32,000 nucleotides of DNA from an uncultured bacterium (GTDB lineage: Bacteria > Patescibacteriota > Gracilibacteria > UBA1369 > PNNO01), in assembly GCA_963704705.1 (NCBI GenBank), contig OY969931.1, forward strand, positions 630,001 to 662,000, given 5' to 3'. Shown here in pieces: positions 1-8,357 of the stretch (the stretch's first letter is position 1; every line of letters starts with the position of its first letter). The notes under the pieces were generated by a model that did not search any database, was not told where the DNA came from, and was given only the letters and a program-made list of their open reading frames with translations. The translations under genes were made by a program, and so were the position numbers.

Positions 1-808
1 TTGATAGCATACTGAAGAAAGTATTCCTGTTATTTAAAGTATTTGTATTGTCAGCACCCTTAAAGCTGAATACGTATAGATATTCATTTCGTGTAAGCCA
101 AACATTTACTTCCAATTTATCTGAACTTTCTTTTTTAAGTCCTTCAAGTTTGTCGATTCCAATTAAGCTTTGAGTATAACCTAAATTACTGAGTTCATCA
201 GCGTCTGATGGAAGTTCAAGAAATGTTTCCACTTGTTCTTTATCAGGATTTGGAAGTCTTTTAATTATGATTAAATCAGGTTTTGTTTGATCCATTGTTG
301 TCTCTTCAGCTGCTGTAACTTCAGGTTTAACAACCGGTGCGGTAAAAGTCACTTCGTCTGTGCCTTCTTCAACTTTCCAGCTATCCAAATAAGTTAAACT
401 AAAACCAAGATCTGCATTTTTATATTCCTGTTGAGTTCCTGTTTCAGTTGTATCTTCTACTAAATCGATACTTCTAACATCCATAATATCTTTCCCGTCT
501 TCTGCATTACCTAAAACACCTCTTACTTCAACTTTTTTATTTAGATATTTTTCCTGATCTAAATCGATATTATTACTTTTAAGTCTTATTGTGTGGCCTC
601 CGCTTACTTCAAGTAGATGAGTGCCTTCTCCCACACTCATTCCGCCCAAAGATTTTAGTGTTCCAATTCTTTTTTGCTGAACCTGTTCTTCAGCAAGTGT
701 ATTATTGTTCTGTTCTCCGTCAAAAGGCCAGCATCCGCTAGCAATCATAGAAAAACTTAGTAGCATAATAATAAGAAGACCCTTCGAAAGGAATGATCTG
801 GTTTTCAT
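1..808 (-). CDS. Putative lipoprotein; N-terminal part in window, C-terminus runs off the left edge
   Basis: Hand translation of the reverse strand from the ATG at 808-806 stays open to base 1 (269 codons). The N-terminus MKTRSFLSKGLLIIMLLSFSMIASGC looks like a signal peptide with a lipobox-like ASGC. It is absent from the ORF track because the window edge truncates it. Confidence 0.6.
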   Translation of the reverse strand, partial: MKTRSFLSKGLLIIMLLSFSMIASGCWPFDGEQNNNTLAEEQVQQKRIGTLKSLGGMSVGEGTHLLEVSGGHTIRLKSNNIDLDQEKYLNKKVEVRGVLGNAEDGKDIMDVRSIDLVEDTTETGTQQEYKNADLGFSLTYLDSWKVEEGTDEVTFTAPVVKPEVTAAEETTMDQTKPDLIIIKRLPNPDKEQVETFLELPSDADELSNLGYTQSLIGIDKLEGLKKESSDKLEVNVWLTRNEYLYVFSFKGADNTNTLNNRNTFFSMLS

Positions 809-869
809 AATTAATAGATTAAAGTGTACATATAATTGGCTTTGATAAAAAGCAATCAGAATTATATCA

Positions 870-1901
870 TCACTTTATAATATTTGTAAATTCATATCCA
901 AGATGTTCAAATGCAACTTTGGTCGCTATTCTTCCGCGATGAGTTCTTTCCAACATCCCGATTTTTAAAAGGTAAGGTTCGTATACTTCTTCAATTGTAT
1001 TTTGTTCTTCGGATGTGGCTGCGGATATTGCACTTAAGCCAACTGGTCCGCCACTAAATTTACTGATTATCAATTCTAAAATATCTCTGTCTGCCTGGTC
1101 TAAACCTATGTTATCAATACCAAGTGAAGAAAGACCTTCTTTAGCGGCTTCCAGGTTGATTGTGTCTAGATTCTTTACTTCAGCAAAATCCCTGATTCGT
1201 TTTAATAATCGATTTGCTATTCTTGGTGTCTGTCTTGAACTTTTTGAGATTTCCTTCGCTGCATTATCCTCAATTTTAAAATTCAATAAATTTGATGTTC
1301 TTTTAATTATTTCAAAAATATCCGCATTTGAATAAAAAGTAAGTTTAAATATGTTTCCGAAACGATCACGAAGCGGTGAAGATAGAAGGCTTACTTTTGT
1401 TGTTGCACCAATCAATGTGAATTTTGGAAGGTTGAGTCTTACTGATTTTGCGGAAGGACCCTGACCAATTATTATATCAATTCCAAAATCTTCCATGGCA
1501 GTATATAGAATTTCTTCGATTGCAGGTCTTAATCGGTGTATTTCATCAATAAATAAAATATCGTTTTCTTTTAAATTTGTTAGTATTGCAGCCAAATCTC
1601 CCTGTTTTTCCAATGCAGGTCCTGAAGTCATTTTAATGCTGACATTCATTTCTTTGGCAATAATATGAGCAAGGGTTGTTTTACCAAGTCCTGCCGGACC
1701 ATGTAATAAGATATGATCAAGAGGCTCTTTACGTTTTTTTGTGGCCTGAATTGCAATAGCTAAATTATTTTTTATTTCCTGCTGACCAATATATTCATCA
1801 AAATTTTGAGGTCTTAAAGTGAAATCCGGAATTATCTCCGTATTATCAACTATTCTTTCCGGTTTTTTTTTAGGTAAATTTGATATGCCTTCTTCAATCA
1901 T
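870..1901 (-). CDS. ruvB: Holliday junction branch migration helicase RuvB
   Basis: 343 aa with Walker [12 protein letters not shown] and the DEIHRL motif. Length and C-terminal winged-helix region are typical of RuvB. TGA stop at 870-872. Confidence 0.95.
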   Translation of the reverse strand: MIEEGISNLPKKKPERIVDNTEIIPDFTLRPQNFDEYIGQQEIKNNLAIAIQATKKRKEPLDHILLHGPAGLGKTTLAHIIAKEMNVSIKMTSGPALEKQGDLAAILTNLKENDILFIDEIHRLRPAIEEILYTAMEDFGIDIIIGQGPSAKSVRLNLPKFTLIGATTKVSLLSSPLRDRFGNIFKLTFYSNADIFEIIKRTSNLLNFKIEDNAAKEISKSSRQTPRIANRLLKRIRDFAEVKNLDTINLEAAKEGLSSLGIDNIGLDQADRDILELIISKFSGGPVGLSAISAATSEEQNTIEEVYEPYLLKIGMLERTHRGRIATKVAFEHLGYEFTNIIK

Positions 1902-1906
1902 ATTTA

Positions 1907-2437
1907 TTATTCAGTAACAGGAACAGTAGTAGCGTTAATTTCGCAAGTATTTGGTTTACAGCCTTCAATATGCTGTGATAAGAACTTTTTAATACCCTCA
2001 GGATCTGGAGCTTCTGTAAATATTATTGTTGCCTTAGAAGCTGATGTTTCAATTCTTAGAAGTCCGTAATCAAATAAATAAATTGCAGAAAAAATTCCCT
2101 TTTCTTTAGTGTGGATATCCTGTACATCACTTAACAATGCTTCACCTTCATCTCTTTTTGATAATACTTTCCAGTCAATATGTACTATTCTTTTGTTTGT
2201 TATTACAACTTTATCAAGCCAGTAAATTAAGGCCAGATAAATTATTACACCAGTAAATAATGCAATAATTACTAAAATTCCGATAATTGTTACTTCATAT
2301 GATATTGAATTTGAGAACAAATATAGTAAGAAGAAAAATGGCAAACTAGCTCCTGTTGTCTTAATTACTTGCATAATAAAAGGGAAGGGATGGTGATGAT
2401 AAATTCTTATTATTTTTTCTCCATTTTGCAGTTGCAT
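1907..2437 (-). CDS. Membrane protein with a bacterial PH-like (bPH_2/YdbS-like) domain
   Basis: 176 aa. Two hydrophobic helices are followed by a soluble segment ([18 protein letters not shown]...LLRIETSA) resembling membrane-flanked PH domains. The 5-nt gap to ruvB suggests co-transcription. Confidence 0.5.
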   Translation of the reverse strand: MQLQNGEKIIRIYHHHPFPFIMQVIKTTGASLPFFFLLYLFSNSISYEVTIIGILVIIALFTGVIIYLALIYWLDKVVITNKRIVHIDWKVLSKRDEGEALLSDVQDIHTKEKGIFSAIYLFDYGLLRIETSASKATIIFTEAPDPEGIKKFLSQHIEGCKPNTCEINATTVPVTE

Positions 2438-2549
2438 GATTTTGGATTAAAATAGTATTTAGGTAGGCATACAACTATAACAGAACTCGCAAAAAAGTCA
2501 ACTAATTCTATTCCTACCTGAATAATACATAAATTATATCAATATTACA

Positions 2550-3296
2550 ATGAATACAAACCTGATCCCAAATAAGTTCAAATGGCAAATAAAAGATGTT
2601 TTTAATGTCTTTGTATTAACATTTATTATTGAATTTGTTTTTTATTTATTACTTAATTTAATTGATATCGGAGGCATAGTAAAAAGTGTTGATAATATCT
2701 CTGTTTTGCGCGGGTTAATCCTTTTTATTATATATTTAATGCAGGTTTTCGGGATGATTTTTCCATTATGGTATTTTGTGGTTAGAAAATATGATTCGAG
2801 TTTTGAAGATTTTACTTTTAAGTGGATTGGAACAAAAAAAACTATATTTTGGGTAATATTCGCTTATCTTTTTTATCTTGGTTTAAGCATTTTTTTAATT
2901 ATGCTTTTCTTTTCACTGGGAATAGGTTTATTTGGATTTGAAGAACAAAAATCCCTTTTTGAAATATTTGGATATGATGTTGCTGGTACAGTTTTTGCTT
3001 TTTTGATTGCAGTAATAATTGCACCATTAGTTGAAGAACTTTTTTTCAGAGGTTTTGTTTTGCAAACTTTGGCTAAAAAAATAAGTCCGTTTTGGGGTGT
3101 AGTAATTACAGCTTTAATATTTGCTTCGGTTCATTTTGAATTCCAATCTATAATGCCGCTGCTTATTTTATCGCTAGTGTTAAATATTCTATATATCAAA
3201 ACAAATTCAATCTGGCCTGGGATAATCTTTCATATTTTTAATAATTCCATAGCTTTTTTCATCATTCTCTTGATTGAAAACGGGTATTTATTATAA
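2550..3296 (+). CDS. CPBP family intramembrane glutamic endopeptidase (CAAX protease-like)
   Basis: 248 aa polytopic membrane protein with the diagnostic motifs EELFFRGF, a FxxxH-type motif (SVHFEF) and HIFNN. Confidence 0.8.
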   Translation: MNTNLIPNKFKWQIKDVFNVFVLTFIIEFVFYLLLNLIDIGGIVKSVDNISVLRGLILFIIYLMQVFGMIFPLWYFVVRKYDSSFEDFTFKWIGTKKTIFWVIFAYLFYLGLSIFLIMLFFSLGIGLFGFEEQKSLFEIFGYDVAGTVFAFLIAVIIAPLVEELFFRGFVLQTLAKKISPFWGVVITALIFASVHFEFQSIMPLLILSLVLNILYIKTNSIWPGIIFHIFNNSIAFFIILLIENGYLL

Positions 3297-3315
3297 ACTA
3301 CGCTTTGACTAATAT

Positions 3316-3392
3316 GCGCCCGTAGCTCAGCTGGATAGAGCAGTGCCCTTCTAAGGCAAAGGTCGCAGGTTCGAATCCTGCCGGGCGTACCA
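3316..3392 (+). tRNA. tRNA-Arg (anticodon UCU), CCA encoded
   Basis: Hand-folded cloverleaf. Acceptor GCGCCCG/CGGGCGT (G-U at 1-72), D arm GCTC..GAGC, anticodon loop CT-TCT-AA, T arm GCAGG-TTCGAAT-CCTGC, then ACCA. Confidence 0.9.
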
Positions 3393-3455
3393 CGGAGACA
3401 CGCGAATGCGTGGCTCTATGGAGCGAGACGCGTTTAGCGGCGAGCGAAGCGATAA
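3393..3455 (+). other. GC-rich multi-hairpin module directly abutting the tRNA-Arg CCA end (candidate structured RNA or complex terminator)
   Basis: Contains the 22-nt hairpin GAGACACGC-GAAT-GCGTGGCTC (3395-3416), a TATGGAG motif (3417-3423) and a GCGAAGC mini-hairpin (3444-3450). It is GC-rich in an AT-rich intergenic region. It resembles the element at 24996-25057. Confidence 0.35.
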
Positions 3456-3463
3456 TAATTTCT

Positions 3464-4774
3464 ATGAATTTAAAAACTTTAGTTTTAATTAGTGATTTAC
3501 ATATAGGAGGCGATAAAATAATTGAAGATTTTAATTGTGAAAAAGAACTAATTAATTTTTTGGATCATCTTGAAACATTAAAAGAACCATTGGAGCTAAT
3601 TATACTTGGTGATTTTTTTGATTTATGGAAAGTAGAAAATACTCTTGAAAATCAGGTTGATTTTGTTATCAATCAAAGACCTGCCTTATTTGAAAGATTA
3701 AAAAAGTTCGGAGCTCATCATACTATTACAGTTATTCCGGGCAACCATGATCATGCACTTTTTTATAACGATAAATATAAAGCTGATTTAAAAAAATATA
3801 ATATTAATGTTGTTTCTGAAAGATTTTTCAAAAGGGAGTTCAAAAATAAAGAAAAAGTTATTCGTATAATAGGGGAGCATGGTAATCAGGTTGAACCCGG
3901 ATCAGCTTTTCCTGATTTTAATATGCCAACCGAAAGTTCTTTGGCATATCATTTGAATAAAATTCTGGTTTACAGGATAATGCGCTTAGGAAACGAGAAA
4001 AAACGCCCTGACTGGGTAAAAGGGCTTGATAATGTTGAAAACGAATTAGTCCCTTATTGGTTTTTATGTAAATATTTTTATCATGAAGTCGGACCTGTTT
4101 TAAAAGCGATATTGATACCAATGCTGGCTTTATTTGGTTTGGCTCTGCCTTATTTCATTTTTGATGTTATTACCGACTTTTATCAACCTACCTTTTTGCA
4201 ACCGCTTTTAATCCTTTTGGATACAAAAATCTACTTCAAGGTTCTTATATTTATTTTGTATTTTGATATGGTTGTTGTAGTTTTATTATTTGTTTTCTCT
4301 TTATTACGAAAAGGTTTTCAAAAGCGTTTACATGAATACGGGCTTCAAAGTTTAACTGATATTTTAGTTTCCAAAAAACATGCATACGAAACACATGCAA
4401 AAGAAGTAATCAATCAAAACAATCCTTATAATCAAAAGGCTGATTTATATGTAAACGGACACACACATGAAGCAACACTTGATGAGAATTTTGAGGGCGC
4501 TGTTTATGCGGATACCGGAAGCTGGAAACAGTTAATGAAAAGAATGACTACAAGATTACGAATGCCTTCTGTTTTTTACCCATATTATTCTCTTACTTAT
4601 TTGCAATGTACGCAGCTTGATGATGGACTGAAAGTAGAATTAAGAGAATGTCCAAAAGAATATAAACCTGATCTTACAATACTTGAAAAATTAGCCCTTA
4701 AAAAAACAAAAGACCTTCCAAAACCTGTGAATGTGGATACCCTGATAAACGAAACTTTTATCAAATTTCATTAA
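3464..4774 (+). CDS. Calcineurin-like metallophosphoesterase with an internal transmembrane insertion
   Basis: Motifs ISDLHIGGD, GDFFDLW, GNHDH and GHTHE. Two or three hydrophobic helices (about aa 225-300) lie between the GNHD and GHTH motifs. I place the start at ATG 3464 (MNLKTLVLISDLH) rather than the track's GTG at 3410. Confidence 0.8.
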   Translation: MNLKTLVLISDLHIGGDKIIEDFNCEKELINFLDHLETLKEPLELIILGDFFDLWKVENTLENQVDFVINQRPALFERLKKFGAHHTITVIPGNHDHALFYNDKYKADLKKYNINVVSERFFKREFKNKEKVIRIIGEHGNQVEPGSAFPDFNMPTESSLAYHLNKILVYRIMRLGNEKKRPDWVKGLDNVENELVPYWFLCKYFYHEVGPVLKAILIPMLALFGLALPYFIFDVITDFYQPTFLQPLLILLDTKIYFKVLIFILYFDMVVVVLLFVFSLLRKGFQKRLHEYGLQSLTDILVSKKHAYETHAKEVINQNNPYNQKADLYVNGHTHEATLDENFEGAVYADTGSWKQLMKRMTTRLRMPSVFYPYYSLTYLQCTQLDDGLKVELRECPKEYKPDLTILEKLALKKTKDLPKPVNVDTLINETFIKFH

Positions 4775-4849
4775 TAAAGAAATTATACTTGCCAAAGTCT
4801 GATAATTATACTAAAATTCTTTCTAATTTTTTTATCATATTAAATTTAA

Positions 4850-5851
4850 ATGCAGGCAGAATTTCAAAGAACAAAAAGGGCAATTGAAAAAGCAGAAAAA
4901 ATACTGCTTATTGCTCATAGAAAACCGGATGGAGACACATTGGGGTCATGTATTGCATTAAAATATGCTATTTCAGATTTGAATAAAGAAGTTACAATGG
5001 CTTGTATAGATGAGATACCGGAAAGATATTCTTACATGCCTGATATTCGTGATTTTATTATGGAATTTGATTTCAGGGAATTTGATTTGATAATAGTTTG
5101 TGATGCAGGAGCGTCTTATATGACTAATTATCATGAACTTTATCCTGATATTTTTAAAGGTGATGTACCTGTAATAAATGTCGACCATCATGCTTCAAAT
5201 GATAATTTCGGAACTATAAATCTTGTTGATCCACAATCCGCATCAACAACAATGATACTTTATAAATTTATAAAATTTAGCGGTTATAAAATAACTCCTC
5301 AATCTGCAACAGCTTTATTAACAGGAATTTATAATGATACAGGAAGCTTTATGCATCAAAATACAACTCCTGAAACAATGAAAATCGCGAGTGAATTAAT
5401 GAATGTTGGCGGAAGAATCGTAGATGTTTCAAGAAATCTGTTTAAAACAACACCTGTTTCAACTTTAAAACTTTGGGGCAGAGTCTTGGAAAATTTGAAA
5501 ATTAATAAAGACGGAGTCGCAATGTCTGTGGTTACAAAACAGGATTTTGAAGAATGCGGCGCTGAACTTGATGAACTTTCAGGCGCTGTGGATTTTATTA
5601 ATTGCGTTCCAGAAACCAAATTTACTGTTTTATTGCATGAAGATGAAAATGGAAACGTTAAAGGTTCGTTCAGAACCAGAAATGAAAATGTGGATTTGGA
5701 AGAAATTGCATCAAAATTTGGCGGTGGCGGACATAAAAAAGCAGCTGGATTTACATTGCCTGGTAAATTACAAAAAGAAACTGTCTGGAAGATAATTCCG
5801 GCTCATGATAAGCGTCAGCACAGATCACTTCGTGATTTTAATATCGAATAA
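4850..5851 (+). CDS. nrnA: DHH/DHHA1 family phosphoesterase, NrnA-like nanoRNase/pAp phosphatase
   Basis: 333 aa with HRKPDGDTLGS, CDAG, VDHHASN (DHH motif) and GGGHKKAAG (DHHA1 motif). Confidence 0.7.
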   Translation: MQAEFQRTKRAIEKAEKILLIAHRKPDGDTLGSCIALKYAISDLNKEVTMACIDEIPERYSYMPDIRDFIMEFDFREFDLIIVCDAGASYMTNYHELYPDIFKGDVPVINVDHHASNDNFGTINLVDPQSASTTMILYKFIKFSGYKITPQSATALLTGIYNDTGSFMHQNTTPETMKIASELMNVGGRIVDVSRNLFKTTPVSTLKLWGRVLENLKINKDGVAMSVVTKQDFEECGAELDELSGAVDFINCVPETKFTVLLHEDENGNVKGSFRTRNENVDLEEIASKFGGGGHKKAAGFTLPGKLQKETVWKIIPAHDKRQHRSLRDFNIE

Positions 5852-5922
5852 AAATCTTGTTTAAGTGTGGCATTCCTGATAATCTTTAAATCACTATTTA
5901 TCAATTGAATTAATTAAAGATT

Positions 5923-6918
5923 ATGAAGATAAGAATTGCCGTTGCTGTTTTACTTGTGCTTATTTTTGCCCTATTAACAGTTCCTACTTTTTTTGTTCGG
6001 AGTTTTGTTAAGACTTATTTTAATCCAAGTTTTTATGACGGACCTGTTCTAGAAGAATCTCATGAATATTTTATTTCGTTTTTTAAAAAACAAGTTCAAA
6101 AAGATGAATTTGTTGCAGAAAATTTTTCAGATGAAGAAATTGAAACATTAACTCGTAGATATTTTGCATTTGATTCATTCCAGGAAATAATCAAAGACTT
6201 CGTTACACAAATGAACAATCTGTCTGAAGATCGCCAAAAAGGTGAACTGAATGTTTCATTAATGCCCTTAAAACAAAATATTCCTGAAATGGCTGCTGAT
6301 ATATCAGTAATGATAATAGATAAAATTCCTTTATGTGATACTGAGGCTGATACAACTGATACAGAATTTGAATTTAACGGATCTCTACCATCTTGTATTC
6401 CTACAGAGATAGGTAAAAGTCAGGTTGAAAAGCCTTTGGCGCGTGAAATCGAAAAGAATTTGAATGATTCGATCCCTGGTGAATTTAAATTGGATTTTGA
6501 AAATAATGCTGCTACCCAAGGAACTTCAGATTTTAAGCAATTGTTGTTTGTTTTCAGCTATACTCAAATGATTATGCCATTATTTATGCTTATTATTATA
6601 CTTTTAATGGCACTTATAATTTATAAACCTTATACAAGAATAATGAAGTTCATTGGTGCTTCATTTGTTTTGGGCGGTGCATTCGCATTAATTGCCGGGC
6701 AATTGTTTTTGAGAGTTCCTGAAGCTTTCATAACACCATCCAGTTTTCCTGAACTAATAGCAGCGGATTTGAATGAAATGATTACTTTTTATTCATTTTT
6801 AATTCAGTTTATTGTTGATAAGATTAATATATATTCTGTATATTTTATTGGAATAGGTTCGCTTATTGTTCTTATTGGTATGTATTTAAGCCACTTTTAT
6901 AAACATGACACACAATAG
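5923..6918 (+). CDS. Hypothetical membrane protein
   Basis: 331 aa with an N-terminal TM helix, an acidic soluble middle region and three or four C-terminal TM helices. No family recognised. Confidence 0.55.
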   Translation: MKIRIAVAVLLVLIFALLTVPTFFVRSFVKTYFNPSFYDGPVLEESHEYFISFFKKQVQKDEFVAENFSDEEIETLTRRYFAFDSFQEIIKDFVTQMNNLSEDRQKGELNVSLMPLKQNIPEMAADISVMIIDKIPLCDTEADTTDTEFEFNGSLPSCIPTEIGKSQVEKPLAREIEKNLNDSIPGEFKLDFENNAATQGTSDFKQLLFVFSYTQMIMPLFMLIIILLMALIIYKPYTRIMKFIGASFVLGGAFALIAGQLFLRVPEAFITPSSFPELIAADLNEMITFYSFLIQFIVDKINIYSVYFIGIGSLIVLIGMYLSHFYKHDTQ

Positions 6919-7282
6919 ATATTTAGCTTTTGTAGGAATAGCGGGTTTTGTAAGTTGGATCGCATGGTTCATAGTTCTTAATAAATTGGATCCTTTCGAA
7001 TCTACTGGTTTGGCATTGGGATTGTTTTTTGTGAGTTTGTTTTTTGCTTTGGCATGCACTTTTACCGTAGTTGGATTTTATTTCAGGATGTGGCTTAATA
7101 AAAACGAAATTTATTCAAATCATATCGCAATCGCATTCAGACAGGGGATTGAATTAACAGTTATAGCGCTCGGTTGTATTTTCTTTCTTATTTTAGGTGT
7201 ATTAAATTGGTGGTCAGGCTTTTTACTTATTTTATCTGTTTCTTTAGTCGAGTTATATTTTGTGGCCCGACAGGAACAATAA
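6905..7282 (+). CDS. Hypothetical small polytopic membrane protein
   Basis: 125 aa with four predicted TM helices. A 14-nt overlap with the upstream gene suggests translational coupling. Confidence 0.55.
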   Translation: MTHNRYLAFVGIAGFVSWIAWFIVLNKLDPFESTGLALGLFFVSLFFALACTFTVVGFYFRMWLNKNEIYSNHIAIAFRQGIELTVIALGCIFFLILGVLNWWSGFLLILSVSLVELYFVARQEQ

Positions 7283-7298
7283 TTTTTATACAACAAAT

Positions 7299-7327
7299 AA
7301 CCGTATTTGTATAAATGACGGTTTTTT
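7299..7327 (+). terminator. Rho-independent terminator of the 5923-7282 operon
   Basis: AACCGT (7299-7304) pairs with ACGGTT (7318-7323). The stem runs into a T tract (TTTTTT, 7322-7327) that begins inside its 3' arm. Confidence 0.6.
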
Positions 7328-7329
7328 AG

Positions 7330-7397
7330 TAAAGGGTTTTGGGTGGCGGTCGCAGACTTGCTGCGACCGCCACCCGTGGATGGTGTCTGTAGGTGGG
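7330..7397. other. Left (3') flank of the high-GC compositional island (whole island about 7330-8460; see findings)
   Basis: G+C is 37/60 at 7441-7500, against 16/60 at 7201-7260 and 15/60 at 8641-8700 (hand counts). The shift from AT-rich to GC-rich sequence occurs within about 15 nt after the native terminator. Confidence 0.8.
7341..7375 (-). terminator. Perfect 15-bp GC hairpin downstream of the island ORF (U-tract-less terminator candidate)
   Basis: GGGTGGCGGTCGCAG-ACTTG-CTGCGACCGCCACCC, 22 nt after the TAA stop at 7400-7398 on the minus strand. No U run follows it on the minus strand. Confidence 0.5.
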
Positions 7398-8357
7398 TTA
7401 GGTGTCGTTGGGGGTCGTGGGACTCTTCAAGGGCTGGAGACCCCGACGGACCCTGATGTCGTTCCGGAGGGCCTTGTGGATGAACTCGCGATTGTCGTTG
7501 TCCCCCTTGATGCGCGCCTTGCGCTCATGGTCGTCCGCTGCGATGCGCTGGCTGCGCTCCTGGTCGACCTGCTGGTCGACGTAGGACTTGGTGGCGTACC
7601 TGCTGCTGTTGCCGGAGTCCGAGCCCGAGCCCGAGCCCGAGCCGTTGCTCGCCTTGTAGTGGCGCCGGGTGGGTCTGCGATAGGCATAGTTGCGGCCGTT
7701 GCCCAGCACGCTCTTGGGGACCTTGAAGCAGACCATGCCCTTGTTGGACACATACCGCGAGAAGAGGTTCACGTACGGATCGTCCTTGCTGTCCAGTTTC
7801 ACGGATTCGTAGTCCGCCAGTTCTCCGAGGAACCGGACTCGAACGGGCGAACGCTGCTGGTCGCGCTTGGCGCAGACGTCCACGACCTCGAGGGAGCCGA
7901 TCATCTTGCACATGATGGTCATGCGCGTCCGGGGGTCGAGTGCCCGACAGTCCTCCACGGCGCTATCGCTCACTCCGGCGACCTTCGAGTTACTGGCCTT
8001 GATGGCCACCACCGCACTTGAAGCCTCGTCCGCAGACGATTTGGAGGCGGCCGCGGACTTGGACGCGTTGCTGTCGTGCTTGGCCGCGGACTTGTCGTGC
8101 TTGGCCGCGGACTTGTCCGACTTGTGGGAGGCGATTGCCGCGTTCTCCGCGACCCGCCGATGCTCCTCGGCCTTGTTCACGTCGGCCCTGGTCGCCACGT
8201 TCTTGTTGTGGACCATGGGCTTCTTCTTGCTGGACCACGGGGCCCAGATCAGGAGGCCAATCAACAGTAGCAACAACAGGCCACCGCCGATGCTCGCTCC
8301 GATCCAGAACTTCTTCTTCTCGGGATCCATTTTCTCTCTTTTCTTTTCGGGTTCCAT
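7398..8357 (-). CDS. Hypothetical N-terminally membrane-anchored protein of foreign (high-GC) composition
   Basis: 319 aa. AGGAGG lies 5 nt upstream of the ATG (reverse complement of 8358-8375 reads cggccccAGGAGGtaagg). Codons are GC3-rich (AAG, GAC, GGC, GCC, TCC). It has one TM helix (FWIGASIGGGLLLLLLIGLLIW). It is the only frame in the island with a start signal and a non-degenerate translation. Confidence 0.8.
   Translation of the reverse strand: MEPEKKREKMDPEKKKFWIGASIGGGLLLLLLIGLLIWAPWSSKKKPMVHNKNVATRADVNKAEEHRRVAENAAIASHKSDKSAAKHDKSAAKHDSNASKSAAASKSSADEASSAVVAIKASNSKVAGVSDSAVEDCRALDPRTRMTIMCKMIGSLEVVDVCAKRDQQRSPVRVRFLGELADYESVKLDSKDDPYVNLFSRYVSNKGMVCFKVPKSVLGNGRNYAYRRPTRRHYKASNGSGSGSGSDSGNSSRYATKSYVDQQVDQERSQRIAADDHERKARIKGDNDNREFIHKALRNDIRVRRGLQPLKSPTTPNDT
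7615..7644 (-). repeat. Hexanucleotide tandem repeat (5 units) encoding a Gly-Ser linker
   Basis: Plus strand reads GAGTCC GAGCCC GAGCCC GAGCCC GAGCCG, which encodes NGSGSGSGSDSG in the island ORF. Confidence 0.85.
8074..8115 (-). repeat. Perfect 21-bp tandem duplication inside the island ORF
   Basis: GTCGTGCTTGGCCGCGGACTT occurs twice back to back, encoding the repeated heptapeptide DKSAAKH. Confidence 0.9.

Noticed and set aside
2462-2519. An inverted 7-bp match, AGGTAGG / CCTACCT, in the divergent region between 1907-2437 and 2550-3296.
   Set aside because: The arms are short and separated by about 45 nt, with no extension of pairing. This is compatible with chance.
3410-3463. The GTG-initiated N-terminal extension (MALWSETRLAASEAIIIS) of the metallophosphoesterase, as given in the ORF track.
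   Set aside because: The extension is a translation of the GC-rich hairpin element that follows tRNA-Arg. The family's first motif (LISDLHIGGD) sits at the expected distance from the ATG at 3464.
7341-7403. An integron gene-cassette interpretation: an ORF followed by a palindromic attC-like site, with GTTAGGT at 7397-7403 matching the GTTRRRY core.
   Set aside because: The hairpin is a perfect stem without the bulged bases and imperfect symmetry typical of attC. The 7-mer core is low-information and overlaps the stop codon. No intI or neighbouring cassettes are present.
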